From a virus, in the IMG/VR virus record IMGVR_UViG_3300045988_149468, positions 32,001-96,000 of that record: a stretch of 64,000 nucleotides of DNA. One strand, 5' to 3'. The notes under the pieces are model-generated. The model worked only from the letters and a program-made list of their open reading frames with translations. It did no database searches and was not told the origin of the DNA. The position numbers and the translations under genes are program-made. Positions 39,473 to 49,315 of this stretch are shown here, in pieces (positions within the stretch are counted from its first letter, which is position 1; each line of letters starts with the position of its first letter).

Positions 39473-40302
39473 TGACAGTAAATAAACCAGTTATTGTAGA
39501 AAAATGGCAAAAGAAAAATAAATATGGTAGACCAGGAACAAAATTAAATTATACAAAAGTGGCAATACATTACACAGGACAAGCAGATGTTAAAGGTATA
39601 AGTACAGTTAGCTATTTTAACAATGTAGTTGCAAATGGAACAAAAGTTAATGGTAAATACATATATGCTTCAGCACATTTTGTTATTGATTTAGACGGAA
39701 CAATATATCAATTAATACCTCTAAATGAAATGTGCTATTGTACAAATTCAGCTAATAGATATGCTATTGGAGTTGAAGTTGCAACAACAGGAAAAGATAA
39801 TCATTACACAGATGCAACTTATAAATCAATGGTGCATTTATGTGCTTGGTTATGTGATAGAAAAGGACTAAATTGTAAAAAAGATATAATAAGACATACA
39901 GATGTTGTAGGACGTGCTTACAAACTATGCCCTATTTACATGGTTTTAAATCCTAGAAAATACGAACAATTTAGATTAGATTGTTACAATTTAACAAAAG
40001 GTAAAATACAAGTTAAAGATATAGTTAACTGTACAAACGGTAAAGGTAAAATAACTCAAGTTCCTAATACTTCAATAGATAAAAACATCTCAACAAAACA
40101 ACAATTTATAAGAATATTACAAGATGTTAATGTCCATTCAACACCAGATTTCGATGCTAGTTCAATATGTGGTAAAGCCAAAAAAGGTGAGGCATTAACA
40201 ATAATTAAAAAAATTGAAAGAAAAGGAACGGATATGTATTATGTGAAAGCAGGATATTATATAACTGCATCAACAAAATATGTAGAAGTATTTGAAAGAT
40301 AG
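39472..40302 (+). CDS. endolysin: N-acetylmuramoyl-L-alanine amidase (Amidase_2/PGRP) plus SH3-like C-terminus
   Basis: VAIHYTG, SAHFVIDLDGTIYQ, IGVEV and IIRHTDV...KLCP motifs. C-terminus: IRILQDVNVHSTPDFDASSICGKAKKGEALTI. Confidence 0.85.
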   Translation: MTVNKPVIVEKWQKKNKYGRPGTKLNYTKVAIHYTGQADVKGISTVSYFNNVVANGTKVNGKYIYASAHFVIDLDGTIYQLIPLNEMCYCTNSANRYAIGVEVATTGKDNHYTDATYKSMVHLCAWLCDRKGLNCKKDIIRHTDVVGRAYKLCPIYMVLNPRKYEQFRLDCYNLTKGKIQVKDIVNCTNGKGKITQVPNTSIDKNISTKQQFIRILQDVNVHSTPDFDASSICGKAKKGEALTIIKKIERKGTDMYYVKAGYYITASTKYVEVFER

Positions 40303-40313
40303 AGGTGATTTAT

Positions 40314-41102
40314 ATGATTGGGATAACAACTGCTAATTTAAATGTAAGAACTGGTACTGACACAAATTATACTTCTATTGCAATATTACCTAAAGGTACA
40401 AAAGTTAATATATTAGAAGAAAATGTTAAAACAGGTTGGTACAAAATACAATTTGATGAGATTTATGCTTTTGTGTCAAGTAAATATGTTAAAATACAAT
40501 CTAATAAACCATCATCTAAAACACAAAGTAATAAAGAAGAATATAAAAATTGTATTAATGAACAAGGTATAAAAGACGGGCATAAATATGTTTACACATT
40601 AAAGAATTGTAAAATAACAGCATATGGATCTAATAGTTCTAGTGCTTGTAAAATACCATTACAACTTGGTCACACTTGCGGAACTTTCAATCTTCCTTAT
40701 AATACTAAAATATACATTCCTTCAATGAAAGGATTTAAATTTACAGATGGTAATGGTAAAACAGCAGTTTGTGATGGAGTATTTATTTGTAATGATACAG
40801 GTATAGGTTGTGCTGATTTTGACTTATACATGAGTACATACACCGACTATAACGCTGAAAGAAATCTTGGTTCTACAAAATATGAAGATGTATATATTTT
40901 AGAATATGGTAAAGGTTATGGTTATGCTTGGAGTTATACTCAATCATATGAATTTGCAGATAAAAATAATAGATTAGAATTATATAAAAAAGCATTTAAA
41001 GACTATATAAAAAATGGCGGGACATTAATTAACTTTTTGAAATTTAAAGATATTGATAAAAATATTAGAAAATCAACATATTGGAAGAAATTAAATAATT
41101 AA
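40314..41102 (+). CDS. second lysin: SH3_3 plus 3D (MltA/RlpA-like) domain
   Basis: ATG 40314 follows AGAGGTG. SH3: LNVRTGTDTNYTSIAILPKGTKVNILEE..GWYKIQ. The C-terminal 170 aa are a paralogue of the Tal C-terminus (CKITAYGS.., CNDTGIG, DFDLYM, ...LINFLKFKDIDKNIRKSTYWKKL). Confidence 0.7.
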   Translation: MIGITTANLNVRTGTDTNYTSIAILPKGTKVNILEENVKTGWYKIQFDEIYAFVSSKYVKIQSNKPSSKTQSNKEEYKNCINEQGIKDGHKYVYTLKNCKITAYGSNSSSACKIPLQLGHTCGTFNLPYNTKIYIPSMKGFKFTDGNGKTAVCDGVFICNDTGIGCADFDLYMSTYTDYNAERNLGSTKYEDVYILEYGKGYGYAWSYTQSYEFADKNNRLELYKKAFKDYIKNGGTLINFLKFKDIDKNIRKSTYWKKLNN

Positions 41103-41159
41103 TATACAAAAAAGAGGACTCACATTAAGGGTTCTCTTTTTTATGAGGGAGATGATAAT

Positions 41160-42143
41160 GTGAGTAATATTTATAATAAATATGATACAGCAGAAAAATA
41201 TAAAGAAGTAAATCAATATAATAAAGATTTATTAGATGAATTTATTTTAAATTTAAAAGCTGAAGGGAAAAAAGATGGAACAATTAGAATGTATAAAGCG
41301 AATATAAAAATTATGTTTGTTTATATATTAGAAGAATTAGGAAATAAACCTATTTCACAACTAAAGAAAAAGCAATTTAGAAATTATGTTTTATGGCTAC
41401 AACAAAAAGGATTAAGTGTAGCTAGGATCAATAATTTAAAATCAGCTTGTTCATCAATGTTATCCTTTGCTTGTGATGATGATGATTATGAAGAAGATAT
41501 TCCAGTTAATCAAATTAGAAAATTAAAACCTATTAGCAAAGAAGCACGAAGGGAAATTATATTTTTAACAGATGAACAAATAACAAAAATAAGAGATGAA
41601 TTAATAAAAAGAGAAAAATATCAAATAGCATTATTACTTTCATTAATGTATGATAGTGGTGCAAGAAGAAATGAATGTTATCAAATAATGAAAGATGACA
41701 TAGAAATAGATAAGCATATGACAAAAAGAAAAGTGACTGGGAAAAGAGGTAAAACATTTAATATATATTATCATGATTGGACTATTGAATGTTATAAAAT
41801 GTATATGTCAAGTAGAGGCGAGGATAATGTGAAAGAATTATGGGTAACTCAAACAGGTGAACCAGCATCATATGAAACCCTATATTCATGGATAATTTAT
41901 TGCAGAAACATACTTAAAGAACTTGAAGGGGAGGAAATACCTTTTAATCCTCATACATTTAGGCATTCTTTTGCAACTAATATGACAAATGGAACACATT
42001 ACTTATGTAGGCAATTAAATAAAAAGTTTTCATTAGAAGAAATTCAAATATTATTAAACCATAGTTCAATAGAAACAACAAACAGTTATATTAAAAGTAG
42101 AGATGAAGAAATTATAAATAATGCTTTCGGTTGGTCAAATTAA
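41160..42143 (+). CDS. tyrosine recombinase/integrase 1
   Basis: GTG start after AGGGAG. SGARRNE (Arg), HTFRHSFAT (H-x-x-R), LLNHSSIETTNSYIK (His, Tyr). Confidence 0.8.
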   Translation: MSNIYNKYDTAEKYKEVNQYNKDLLDEFILNLKAEGKKDGTIRMYKANIKIMFVYILEELGNKPISQLKKKQFRNYVLWLQQKGLSVARINNLKSACSSMLSFACDDDDYEEDIPVNQIRKLKPISKEARREIIFLTDEQITKIRDELIKREKYQIALLLSLMYDSGARRNECYQIMKDDIEIDKHMTKRKVTGKRGKTFNIYYHDWTIECYKMYMSSRGEDNVKELWVTQTGEPASYETLYSWIIYCRNILKELEGEEIPFNPHTFRHSFATNMTNGTHYLCRQLNKKFSLEEIQILLNHSSIETTNSYIKSRDEEIINNAFGWSN

Positions 42144-42279
42144 AGGATTAAATACATTAAGAGATTTTTTAAAAGGCTTATATTCGCCAATATATAAGTG
42201 ATTTTAAAGAAGAATAATTAGTACGTGGTATTAAATCTTATTGATAAAATAGAATTATAAATGAATTGAGGTGAATTTG

Positions 42280-42783
42280 ATGCTCGATAAAAGATATAAA
42301 GCTATGAAGTTAGATTTAATTTCAGATAAAGAAGATAATTTACTTATGAAGTTTTCATTAAGTGATAATCAAACTTCAGATTTTTATATTAACATAACTA
42401 GAGATAACAGTAAAATTAATTTATCAGATTACAAGACAACGCTATATATAGAAACTCCAAACAAAGAAATATTAAAAAAAGAACTTACAGAATATGACGA
42501 AGCGAGTAATTTATATTATTGTAATTTAGAAACAGAATATAAAAATGAAGTAGGGGAATATCATTGTCAAATCATGATAGAAGATAAATATACTAACGAA
42601 AGGATTATTCCTTTGAATAATTTTAAATATAAAGTATTTGATGACACTATATCTAAAAGTGGGACAACTCCAGATATTCCAAGTGGCGGAGCAACTATTA
42701 ATTATGATCCTGTAACAGGTAATTTAACAATACGCTCAAATAGTTTAGATTATAATTCACAATCAGGTAATTTAAAAATTTAA
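42280..42783 (+). CDS. BppU_N Ig-like domain protein (third paralogue)
   Basis: ATG 42280 follows GAGGTG. Pattern GEYHCQIMIEDKYTNERIIPLNNFKYKVFDD. Confidence 0.5.
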   Translation: MLDKRYKAMKLDLISDKEDNLLMKFSLSDNQTSDFYINITRDNSKINLSDYKTTLYIETPNKEILKKELTEYDEASNLYYCNLETEYKNEVGEYHCQIMIEDKYTNERIIPLNNFKYKVFDDTISKSGTTPDIPSGGATINYDPVTGNLTIRSNSLDYNSQSGNLKI

Positions 42784-42796
42784 AGGAGGTAATAAA

Positions 42797-45229
42797 ATGG
42801 CAGAAATTGATATACTTAGTATAAATAATAAAAAAATACAAGATGTAGAAGCTAGAAAAGATATTCAAGTAATTAAAGAAAATAATACTGCAATAAAACA
42901 GGATATAAATGACATTAAAGCTAGTATAGGTACAGAAGCATTAACTACTACTGCTAAAGATTTGAAAGGGGCAGTTAATGAAGTTAGTGCACAATATAAA
43001 GATATTGCGAACTTATCTCTTGCACTAGGAAAAGATGGACTATTATATATTAAAAAACAAGATGGAACACTTATAGGAACTGGTGTTAAAGTTAATAATG
43101 ATACTGATTTATCTAAAGTAACTATGCAAATAAATGGTAATACGTTAATATTATTGAATAATGGAACTCAAATAGCATCTGTAGATTTGCCTAACAACAT
43201 GAGTGCTACCGATGTATCTAACTTAATAAAAAAAGGTGTTTCAGAAACTAACTATAATGCTTTAGATACTACGGATAAACGTATTATAGGTGGAATTAAT
43301 GAAATTAATATACACTTAAACAGTACGGCGAAAAAAACAATCGTAGAAGGAAATAAAATATATTTAGCAAAAAGTGATGGAACAAAATTAGATACAGGAA
43401 CTATATTACCTACAGGTGGAACTGGTAAACCTTATGATGACACTTCCATAAAATCTGATATAAGCAATATTAAAAATGACTTAGGTACTGCACAACTAAC
43501 TACAACTGCTCAAAATGTTAAAGGAGCAATAAATGAAATTGATGCAAAATGCGATGATATTGCAGTCAAAACTATTACAACCGAAGAGAGAACAAAATTA
43601 ACTAACTTAAAAAATTATGATGACACAAGTATAAAAACAGACATAAATAATATTAAGACTAATTTAGGTACTGCACAACTAACTACAACTGCTAAAGATG
43701 TTAAAGGTGCAATTAATGAAGTTAATAAAAAAATTGGAACTGGGGTAGCTTATGATGACACTGCGATAAAATCTGATATAAATACCATCAAAACTAACTT
43801 AGGTACAGACAAATTAAATACAACTGCTAAGGATTTAAAAGGGGCAGTTAATGAACTTAATACACAATATAAAGATATCGCATCTAGGACTATTACAACC
43901 GAAGAGAGAAATAAATTAAATAGTCTAAATAATTATGATGACACAAGTATAAAAAATGATATACAAACAATTAATACACAATTAGGAGATATTGCGAACA
44001 AATTTACAACCGAACAAACAGATAATAATTTTATATTAAAATATGGTGATAAAATAATAGCAACTATTCCTATAAACGGAACATTAGTTAATTATGGTAG
44101 TATAGTTATATCTTGTAATGAAATTTTAGAAATAAACGAAGGTGAAACATTAGACATTGAAGTTTATTTAAGTTCAAAACCTACAAATAATCAATCTATA
44201 GTTATTACAACAAGCAATTCTAATATAACTACATCAGTAAGTGAATTAACTTTTACCCCTAATAACTATGCAACAAGTCAAATTATTACTTTAACTGCTA
44301 TACATGATGTTAGTTCATTTGATGATAAAAATTGTTTAGTTACATTTGCAAGTGAAAATGTAGAAAATATAACTATTACTGTTACTATAAAAAATACTGA
44401 TGTTCAACAGTCACATTATATTACAGATGGATTAAGTTTATACTATGATTTTACAGAAACTCCAACAAACCCAACAACTGTTTATGATAAAGTTAATAAT
44501 GTATCTATATATAATAAAAATTATACAGCTGATAATTATACAAGCAATGGTGTGTATTTGATAAACGGTGGCGGTTCAGAAGCATATAAATTTGGCTCTA
44601 GTAGTGTTAGTGTTTTCGAATATCAAACAATGCCTGAATTTAACAATTTCTTGAATAAAATCAAAGAAGGTAATGGATTGACTATTGAGTATTTCGGACA
44701 ATATATTCCTGTATCTATCATGTATGCATATAATAGTGGGGTTAATGCATCGGGTACAGGAGCAATTGGTGGTGGATATTTAACAAAATACGAGTCTCTA
44801 GGTGGTGTTACCTTTAAATATTTAAATACATCTAATGAAACAACTAGCGTTAGTTTAGCTCAAAGTGATAAAGCAACAAAAGATGGTCAATCAATACTTG
44901 CTTATTCCGCTGATAATAAAGCTGATACTTATATACATCTAGTTATTACTGCTGATGAAACAGGAAAATTAACATGGTATTTAAATGGAAATGTTATGAG
45001 TAATACTGCTACTGCAACTGATTTTGCATCGTGGGATTATGATACTATGTTTAAAGCTAATTATTGTATGCTTGTTAGATGTGGAGTTGAAGATACAAAT
45101 AGACTTATATACCCCGCAACAAGTATAAAAATATATAATAGAGCTTTAATACAAGATGAAATAAAAACTAATTTAGAGTATGAAATAAGCAAAACAAATT
45201 TTGTTAATTCAGCAAGTGTTACTCCCTAG
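42797..45229 (+). CDS. tail fibre with repeated DDTSIK...LGTAQLTTTAK.VKGAINE units and a C-terminal LamG/ConA-like region
   Basis: SD AAAGGAGG. At least five units of about 45-60 aa, and the same DG-x-x-IG-x-G hairpin motif as 30651-31502. The C-terminal jelly-roll call is weak. Confidence 0.6.
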   Translation: MAEIDILSINNKKIQDVEARKDIQVIKENNTAIKQDINDIKASIGTEALTTTAKDLKGAVNEVSAQYKDIANLSLALGKDGLLYIKKQDGTLIGTGVKVNNDTDLSKVTMQINGNTLILLNNGTQIASVDLPNNMSATDVSNLIKKGVSETNYNALDTTDKRIIGGINEINIHLNSTAKKTIVEGNKIYLAKSDGTKLDTGTILPTGGTGKPYDDTSIKSDISNIKNDLGTAQLTTTAQNVKGAINEIDAKCDDIAVKTITTEERTKLTNLKNYDDTSIKTDINNIKTNLGTAQLTTTAKDVKGAINEVNKKIGTGVAYDDTAIKSDINTIKTNLGTDKLNTTAKDLKGAVNELNTQYKDIASRTITTEERNKLNSLNNYDDTSIKNDIQTINTQLGDIANKFTTEQTDNNFILKYGDKIIATIPINGTLVNYGSIVISCNEILEINEGETLDIEVYLSSKPTNNQSIVITTSNSNITTSVSELTFTPNNYATSQIITLTAIHDVSSFDDKNCLVTFASENVENITITVTIKNTDVQQSHYITDGLSLYYDFTETPTNPTTVYDKVNNVSIYNKNYTADNYTSNGVYLINGGGSEAYKFGSSSVSVFEYQTMPEFNNFLNKIKEGNGLTIEYFGQYIPVSIMYAYNSGVNASGTGAIGGGYLTKYESLGGVTFKYLNTSNETTSVSLAQSDKATKDGQSILAYSADNKADTYIHLVITADETGKLTWYLNGNVMSNTATATDFASWDYDTMFKANYCMLVRCGVEDTNRLIYPATSIKIYNRALIQDEIKTNLEYEISKTNFVNSASVTP
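43430..43990 (+). repeat. intragenic direct repeats of about 180 nt
   Basis: TTAGGTACTGCACAACTAACTACAACTGCT recurs at 43481 and 43664. TATGATGACAC recurs near 43434, 43617, 43750 and 43934. Confidence 0.6.
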
Positions 45230-47153
45230 TGCGGCTACAAGTTATTCTTATACAGAATTACCTTATGCTGTAAATACAATTCCTGCATCTGCTATAAATG
45301 ACTGTGAAATTTTAGGAACTGTTGAGAATGACGAAGTAGCCCAAATTAATGATAATTATATAAGTTGTTATAAAAGTGGAGAAACAAATATAAACATTCA
45401 AGTGAACTATAAAGCATCAAAGATCTTTAACATAGAAGTTCCTTTAAAAGTTATTGATACTGTTGATTATGAAGCAACTTCTACTAGAACAATTGAACCT
45501 ACAGGTATATCAATAGTAAATAAAATTACTGAATTGAAATTAGGGGAAGAATTTGTCCTATTGGCAATACTATATCCTTACCATCCTTATATGGATAATT
45601 TAATTGAGTTTACATCAAGTGATGATTCAATATGTTCTGTTAAGTTTGGTGTTTTAAAAGCTAATAAAATAGGAACTTGTACTATTACTGCAACTGGTAT
45701 TGGAACAAACATATCAGAAAGTTTTAATATAAACATAATAGCGAATGAAGAAGAAAGTTTATTAGATTCGGAGATATATAACGTTTTATTACCTTGTGTT
45801 ACCACAAATGGTCAATTATATAATGACGGATCCAATGAAGAAGAGACAACTTATGCTATCCAAGATTTATTAAGCTATGCAAGTGAAAATAATTATAAAA
45901 AAATAGTATTTCCAAAAGGAACTTATTCTGTAACGGCTGATATTTATGGATCTGATGTCATTGGACCTACATTGTTTTATGTACCATCTAATTTAATAAT
46001 TGATTTTTCAGACGCTATAATTCAAATGCAACCAAATTCACATACTTTATCTCCAAACGGAACTGCTGGAACTGGCGGTGGATATACGACATTTATGTTT
46101 GATAACAATTGTCAAAATAGTAAAATAATAAATGCTGATATTAGAGGTTGTAGAGAATTAATAGATTATGATATAGCAACAACCGGAGAACAATGTAAAA
46201 ATGTAAGTTTTTATGATGCTGTAAACTGTTCTTTAGAAAATTGTAGTATAGGAAATAGTTGTGGTTTTAATATGGCTATGATAAGAAATACATACAATGG
46301 TTGGGATGGAAGAATATTTATAATGCCAAGTAACATAGAGGCTGGAGGAATAGCAGATGACGGTTCAAAAGATGATGTAAATACATCATGGAATTGGAGA
46401 ACTATAAATATGTTAAGTCTAGATAAATTAGGAGATAGACTTAGTTTTGATATCGGAAATTATCAAGGTTGGGGTGGTTATCAAATAGCAGGTAGATTAT
46501 ATGATATCGCTTTCTATGATGAAAATGAAACCTTTATAGAAATTATGAGAAATTGTAGGGTTTATTGTAGATATAATAGACCAAGTAATTCAAAATATTT
46601 TCATATAGTTTTTCATCAAGAAGAACAACCTACAGAAGGTGTTACTGATTATGGATATTTATATACACTTCAAAGTACAAAAGAACCTTATAGATGTTCT
46701 ATAAAGAATTGTGTTATACATGATAACTATTCTATAGGAATAGCTATAGTTGGTGGAAAAAATAATACATTTGAAGGAAATACATTTATAAATAATAAAG
46801 GTCGTGACCCAAATTGTCATCTTGATTATGAAGATGGTAGAGAGGCTATGATAGGCGATATATGGAGATATAATTCATTTGATAGCCGAAGCGGATATTT
46901 ATGTATTATGGCAGGAAACGCTATGACATTTAGAAATAATATATTTAACTGTTCTGTACAATTTACAGGAAGATGTGAAGGTTGGAGAGTTTATAATAAT
47001 AAATTCAATGGTTCAACAATAACTCAAGGAACTCAATCTGATTCGGTTTTTGCTTTTAACTTATTAAATAAAACTACACTTGAAAACCCTTCGTACTATC
47101 ATGGAGAAAATTCTCAATATAAAGTACATTATTTTAATAATACTGTGTTATAA
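45201..47153 (+). CDS. Big_2 plus right-handed beta-helix (pectate-lyase-like) protein, putative depolymerase
   Basis: Ig-like CSVKFGVLKANKIGTCTITATG. Beta-helix rungs NCSLENCSIGNSCGFN and IKNCVIHDNYSIGIAIVGGKNNTFEGNTFINNKG. There is no SD or ATG at the 5' end, and the frame opens at 45189. See the frameshift finding. Confidence 0.65.
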   Translation: MLIQQVLLPSAATSYSYTELPYAVNTIPASAINDCEILGTVENDEVAQINDNYISCYKSGETNINIQVNYKASKIFNIEVPLKVIDTVDYEATSTRTIEPTGISIVNKITELKLGEEFVLLAILYPYHPYMDNLIEFTSSDDSICSVKFGVLKANKIGTCTITATGIGTNISESFNINIIANEEESLLDSEIYNVLLPCVTTNGQLYNDGSNEEETTYAIQDLLSYASENNYKKIVFPKGTYSVTADIYGSDVIGPTLFYVPSNLIIDFSDAIIQMQPNSHTLSPNGTAGTGGGYTTFMFDNNCQNSKIINADIRGCRELIDYDIATTGEQCKNVSFYDAVNCSLENCSIGNSCGFNMAMIRNTYNGWDGRIFIMPSNIEAGGIADDGSKDDVNTSWNWRTINMLSLDKLGDRLSFDIGNYQGWGGYQIAGRLYDIAFYDENETFIEIMRNCRVYCRYNRPSNSKYFHIVFHQEEQPTEGVTDYGYLYTLQSTKEPYRCSIKNCVIHDNYSIGIAIVGGKNNTFEGNTFINNKGRDPNCHLDYEDGREAMIGDIWRYNSFDSRSGYLCIMAGNAMTFRNNIFNCSVQFTGRCEGWRVYNNKFNGSTITQGTQSDSVFAFNLLNKTTLENPSYYHGENSQYKVHYFNNTVL

Positions 47154-47186
47154 TGAATAAAAAAAGACATTGTCATGGGGGAAATT

Positions 47187-47780
47187 ATGTTTACAGATTT
47201 AAAACAATTATTAATTCAACAAAAATTAAAAAGAGAACATAAAAATTTTTATATTTATAGACCATCATCAATAAGTTTAGCAAAAACTTCAAAGATACAA
47301 ATAAAAGGAAGTTTAACCTTTAATGATGTATATTCTTCAAACCAAAAAAGAAAATTAAGCATATTAGTTATGGGAGAAGATTCTAAATTAGAAGTTAATG
47401 GAAATTTTTCGTTTTTTAGTGGTTGTAGAGTTGGGGTTTTAAAAGGGGCTACACTTTCATTGGGTAACGGATATATGAATTTTGATTCTAAAATATATTG
47501 CTATAATAATATAAAAATAGGGAATAGAGTTTTTATATCAGAAGGAGTAACAATAATAGATTCAGATGTTCATAGTATATCTAATAAAGATGTATCTGCT
47601 CCTATTGTAATTGGAGATAATGTTTGGATAGGAATAAATGCAACTATATTAAAAGGTGTTACTATTGGAGATGGTGCAGTAATAGGTGCTGGAGCAGTAG
47701 TTACTAAAGATATTCCATCTAAATGTTTGGCTGTAGGAAATCCAGCTAAAGTAATAAAAGAAAATATAGAATGGAAATAG
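47187..47780 (+). CDS. hexapeptide-repeat (LbH) O-acetyltransferase
   Basis: IGNRVFISEGVTIIDSDVH...VIGDNVWIGINATILKGVTIGDGAVIGAGAVVTKDIP...GNPAKVIK. ATG 47187 follows GGGGGAA. Confidence 0.8.
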   Translation: MFTDLKQLLIQQKLKREHKNFYIYRPSSISLAKTSKIQIKGSLTFNDVYSSNQKRKLSILVMGEDSKLEVNGNFSFFSGCRVGVLKGATLSLGNGYMNFDSKIYCYNNIKIGNRVFISEGVTIIDSDVHSISNKDVSAPIVIGDNVWIGINATILKGVTIGDGAVIGAGAVVTKDIPSKCLAVGNPAKVIKENIEWK

Positions 47781-47805
47781 ACTAGAAATTAATCTAGTCT
47801 ATTTT
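47777..47805 (+). terminator. rho-independent terminator
   Basis: 9-bp stem TAGACTAGA/TCTAGTCTA, 6-nt loop, then T5. It overlaps the stop codon. Confidence 0.7.
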
Positions 47806-47954
47806 TAATACGCAGTTAGTTCGCAATTTAAAAATATTGCGTATATAATGTGATCAACAGAATATTCATTATATATTTTAAATATCATGTATAGAATAAA
47901 CAAATAAAGGATAAATTATTATTAGTTATTCTATTTGTATGTATTTTTATTATA

Positions 47955-47992
47955 ACCCTTTAGTGATTATTTGCTAAAGGGTATTTTTTTTT
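47955..47992 (+). terminator. rho-independent terminator
   Basis: 9-bp stem ACCCTTTAG/CTAAAGGGT followed by A and T9. Confidence 0.7.
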
Positions 47993-47998
47993 ATTTAT

Positions 47999-48027
47999 TT
48001 GACAATCTTTCAGATATTTGTTATCAT
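47999..48027 (+). promoter_or_regulatory. sigma-70-type promoter
   Basis: TTGACA, 17 bp, TATCAT. Confidence 0.45.
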
Positions 48028-48132
48028 AATTAAAGATATAAATAATATTCTCATATTAACTTACATTATCAAATTTTCAATAGAACTATTTTATTTTTTT
48101 AATAGTCCTATTATTTTTTTGTTTAAAATGTA

Positions 48133-48182
48133 TTGAAAATAATAACTAATTATGTTATAATTCAATTATAATAATTAATAAG
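48133..48182 (+). promoter_or_regulatory. promoter plus conserved leader
   Basis: TTGAAA (48133-38), 17 bp, TATAAT (48156-61), 11 bp, AATTAATAAG (48173-82), then AGGAGAG and ATG 48199. Confidence 0.55.
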
Positions 48183-48198
48183 AGGAGAGTAAAGCAAT

Positions 48199-49182
48199 AT
48201 GAAGAATGATAATGAAAAACTAATAAAACAAATAATGAATCATATAAAAAATAATGTTATTACCAAAGATGAAATAGAAAAAATATTATATGAAACTATA
48301 AGAGATTTTAATATTGAAATAAATATTCATCAAAAACATAATAATCAAGATATTCTCGATGAATATAAACAAGATATGGAAACTTTAGATTATTCAAGTG
48401 GAACTATTAGAAACAGAATGTATACCTTAAAATATTTCTTAGATTATATAAACAAAGAGATTCCTCAAATTACAGTAGTTGATTTAAAAGCTTATTTAAA
48501 TTTTAAAAAGAAATCAGTAAAAACTTCAACTATAAATGGATTAATTTCAGTAATAAAATCATTTTTCAGCTGGTTAGTAGAAGAAGAATACATAGATAAA
48601 AATCCAACGAAGAAAATAAGAAAAATAAAAGAACCACAAAGAATTAGAGAGCCTCTGTCTATAGAAGAAATGGAAAATTTAAGAATGTGTTGTAAGACAG
48701 ATAGAGAAAGAGCTTTAGTTGAATTTATGTTAGCGACAGGTATGAGAGTTTCTGAAATTCAAAAGACAAACATATTTGAATTGGATCTTTCTTCAAATAA
48801 ATTAAAAACAATTGGGAAAGGAAACAAAGAAAGAATTATATTATTTAATGATAAATGTAAATTATATTTAAAACAATATTTAGACAATAGAAAAGGTAAA
48901 AATGAAGCTTTGTTTATTTCTGAAAGAAAACCGTACAGAAGACTTGGAGTTAGAGCAATTCAAAAGATATTAACAAATATATCAAAAAGAAAAACAATTC
49001 TTCCCATTGTATATCCTCATAAATTAAGACATACTTTTGCTACATCACTATTTAATAGTGGAGAAGACATTGAAACTGTTCAATTTCTTTTAGGACATGA
49101 AAACATAACAACAACTCAAATATATACAAAAACATCAATGGATAAAGTTAATTATCAATATAATAAATGTTTGATTGTATAA
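48199..49182 (+). CDS. tyrosine recombinase 2 (XerC/D-like)
   Basis: ATGMRVSE (Arg), HKLRHTFATSLF (H-x-x-R), LLGHENITTTQIYTK (His, Tyr). It has an N-terminal SAM-like core-binding region. Confidence 0.8.
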   Translation: MKNDNEKLIKQIMNHIKNNVITKDEIEKILYETIRDFNIEINIHQKHNNQDILDEYKQDMETLDYSSGTIRNRMYTLKYFLDYINKEIPQITVVDLKAYLNFKKKSVKTSTINGLISVIKSFFSWLVEEEYIDKNPTKKIRKIKEPQRIREPLSIEEMENLRMCCKTDRERALVEFMLATGMRVSEIQKTNIFELDLSSNKLKTIGKGNKERIILFNDKCKLYLKQYLDNRKGKNEALFISERKPYRRLGVRAIQKILTNISKRKTILPIVYPHKLRHTFATSLFNSGEDIETVQFLLGHENITTTQIYTKTSMDKVNYQYNKCLIV

Positions 49183-49315
49183 ATATTCTAAAATAAAGTT
49201 TTTAACCTAACTTTTTAGATCAACTCTTAGTTTTTACTAAGGGAATTTTTTTTATTTATTTTTAGTAATATTTTTAAGGAATATCACATATAATTCAGTA
49301 AAAGGAGGGATAATT

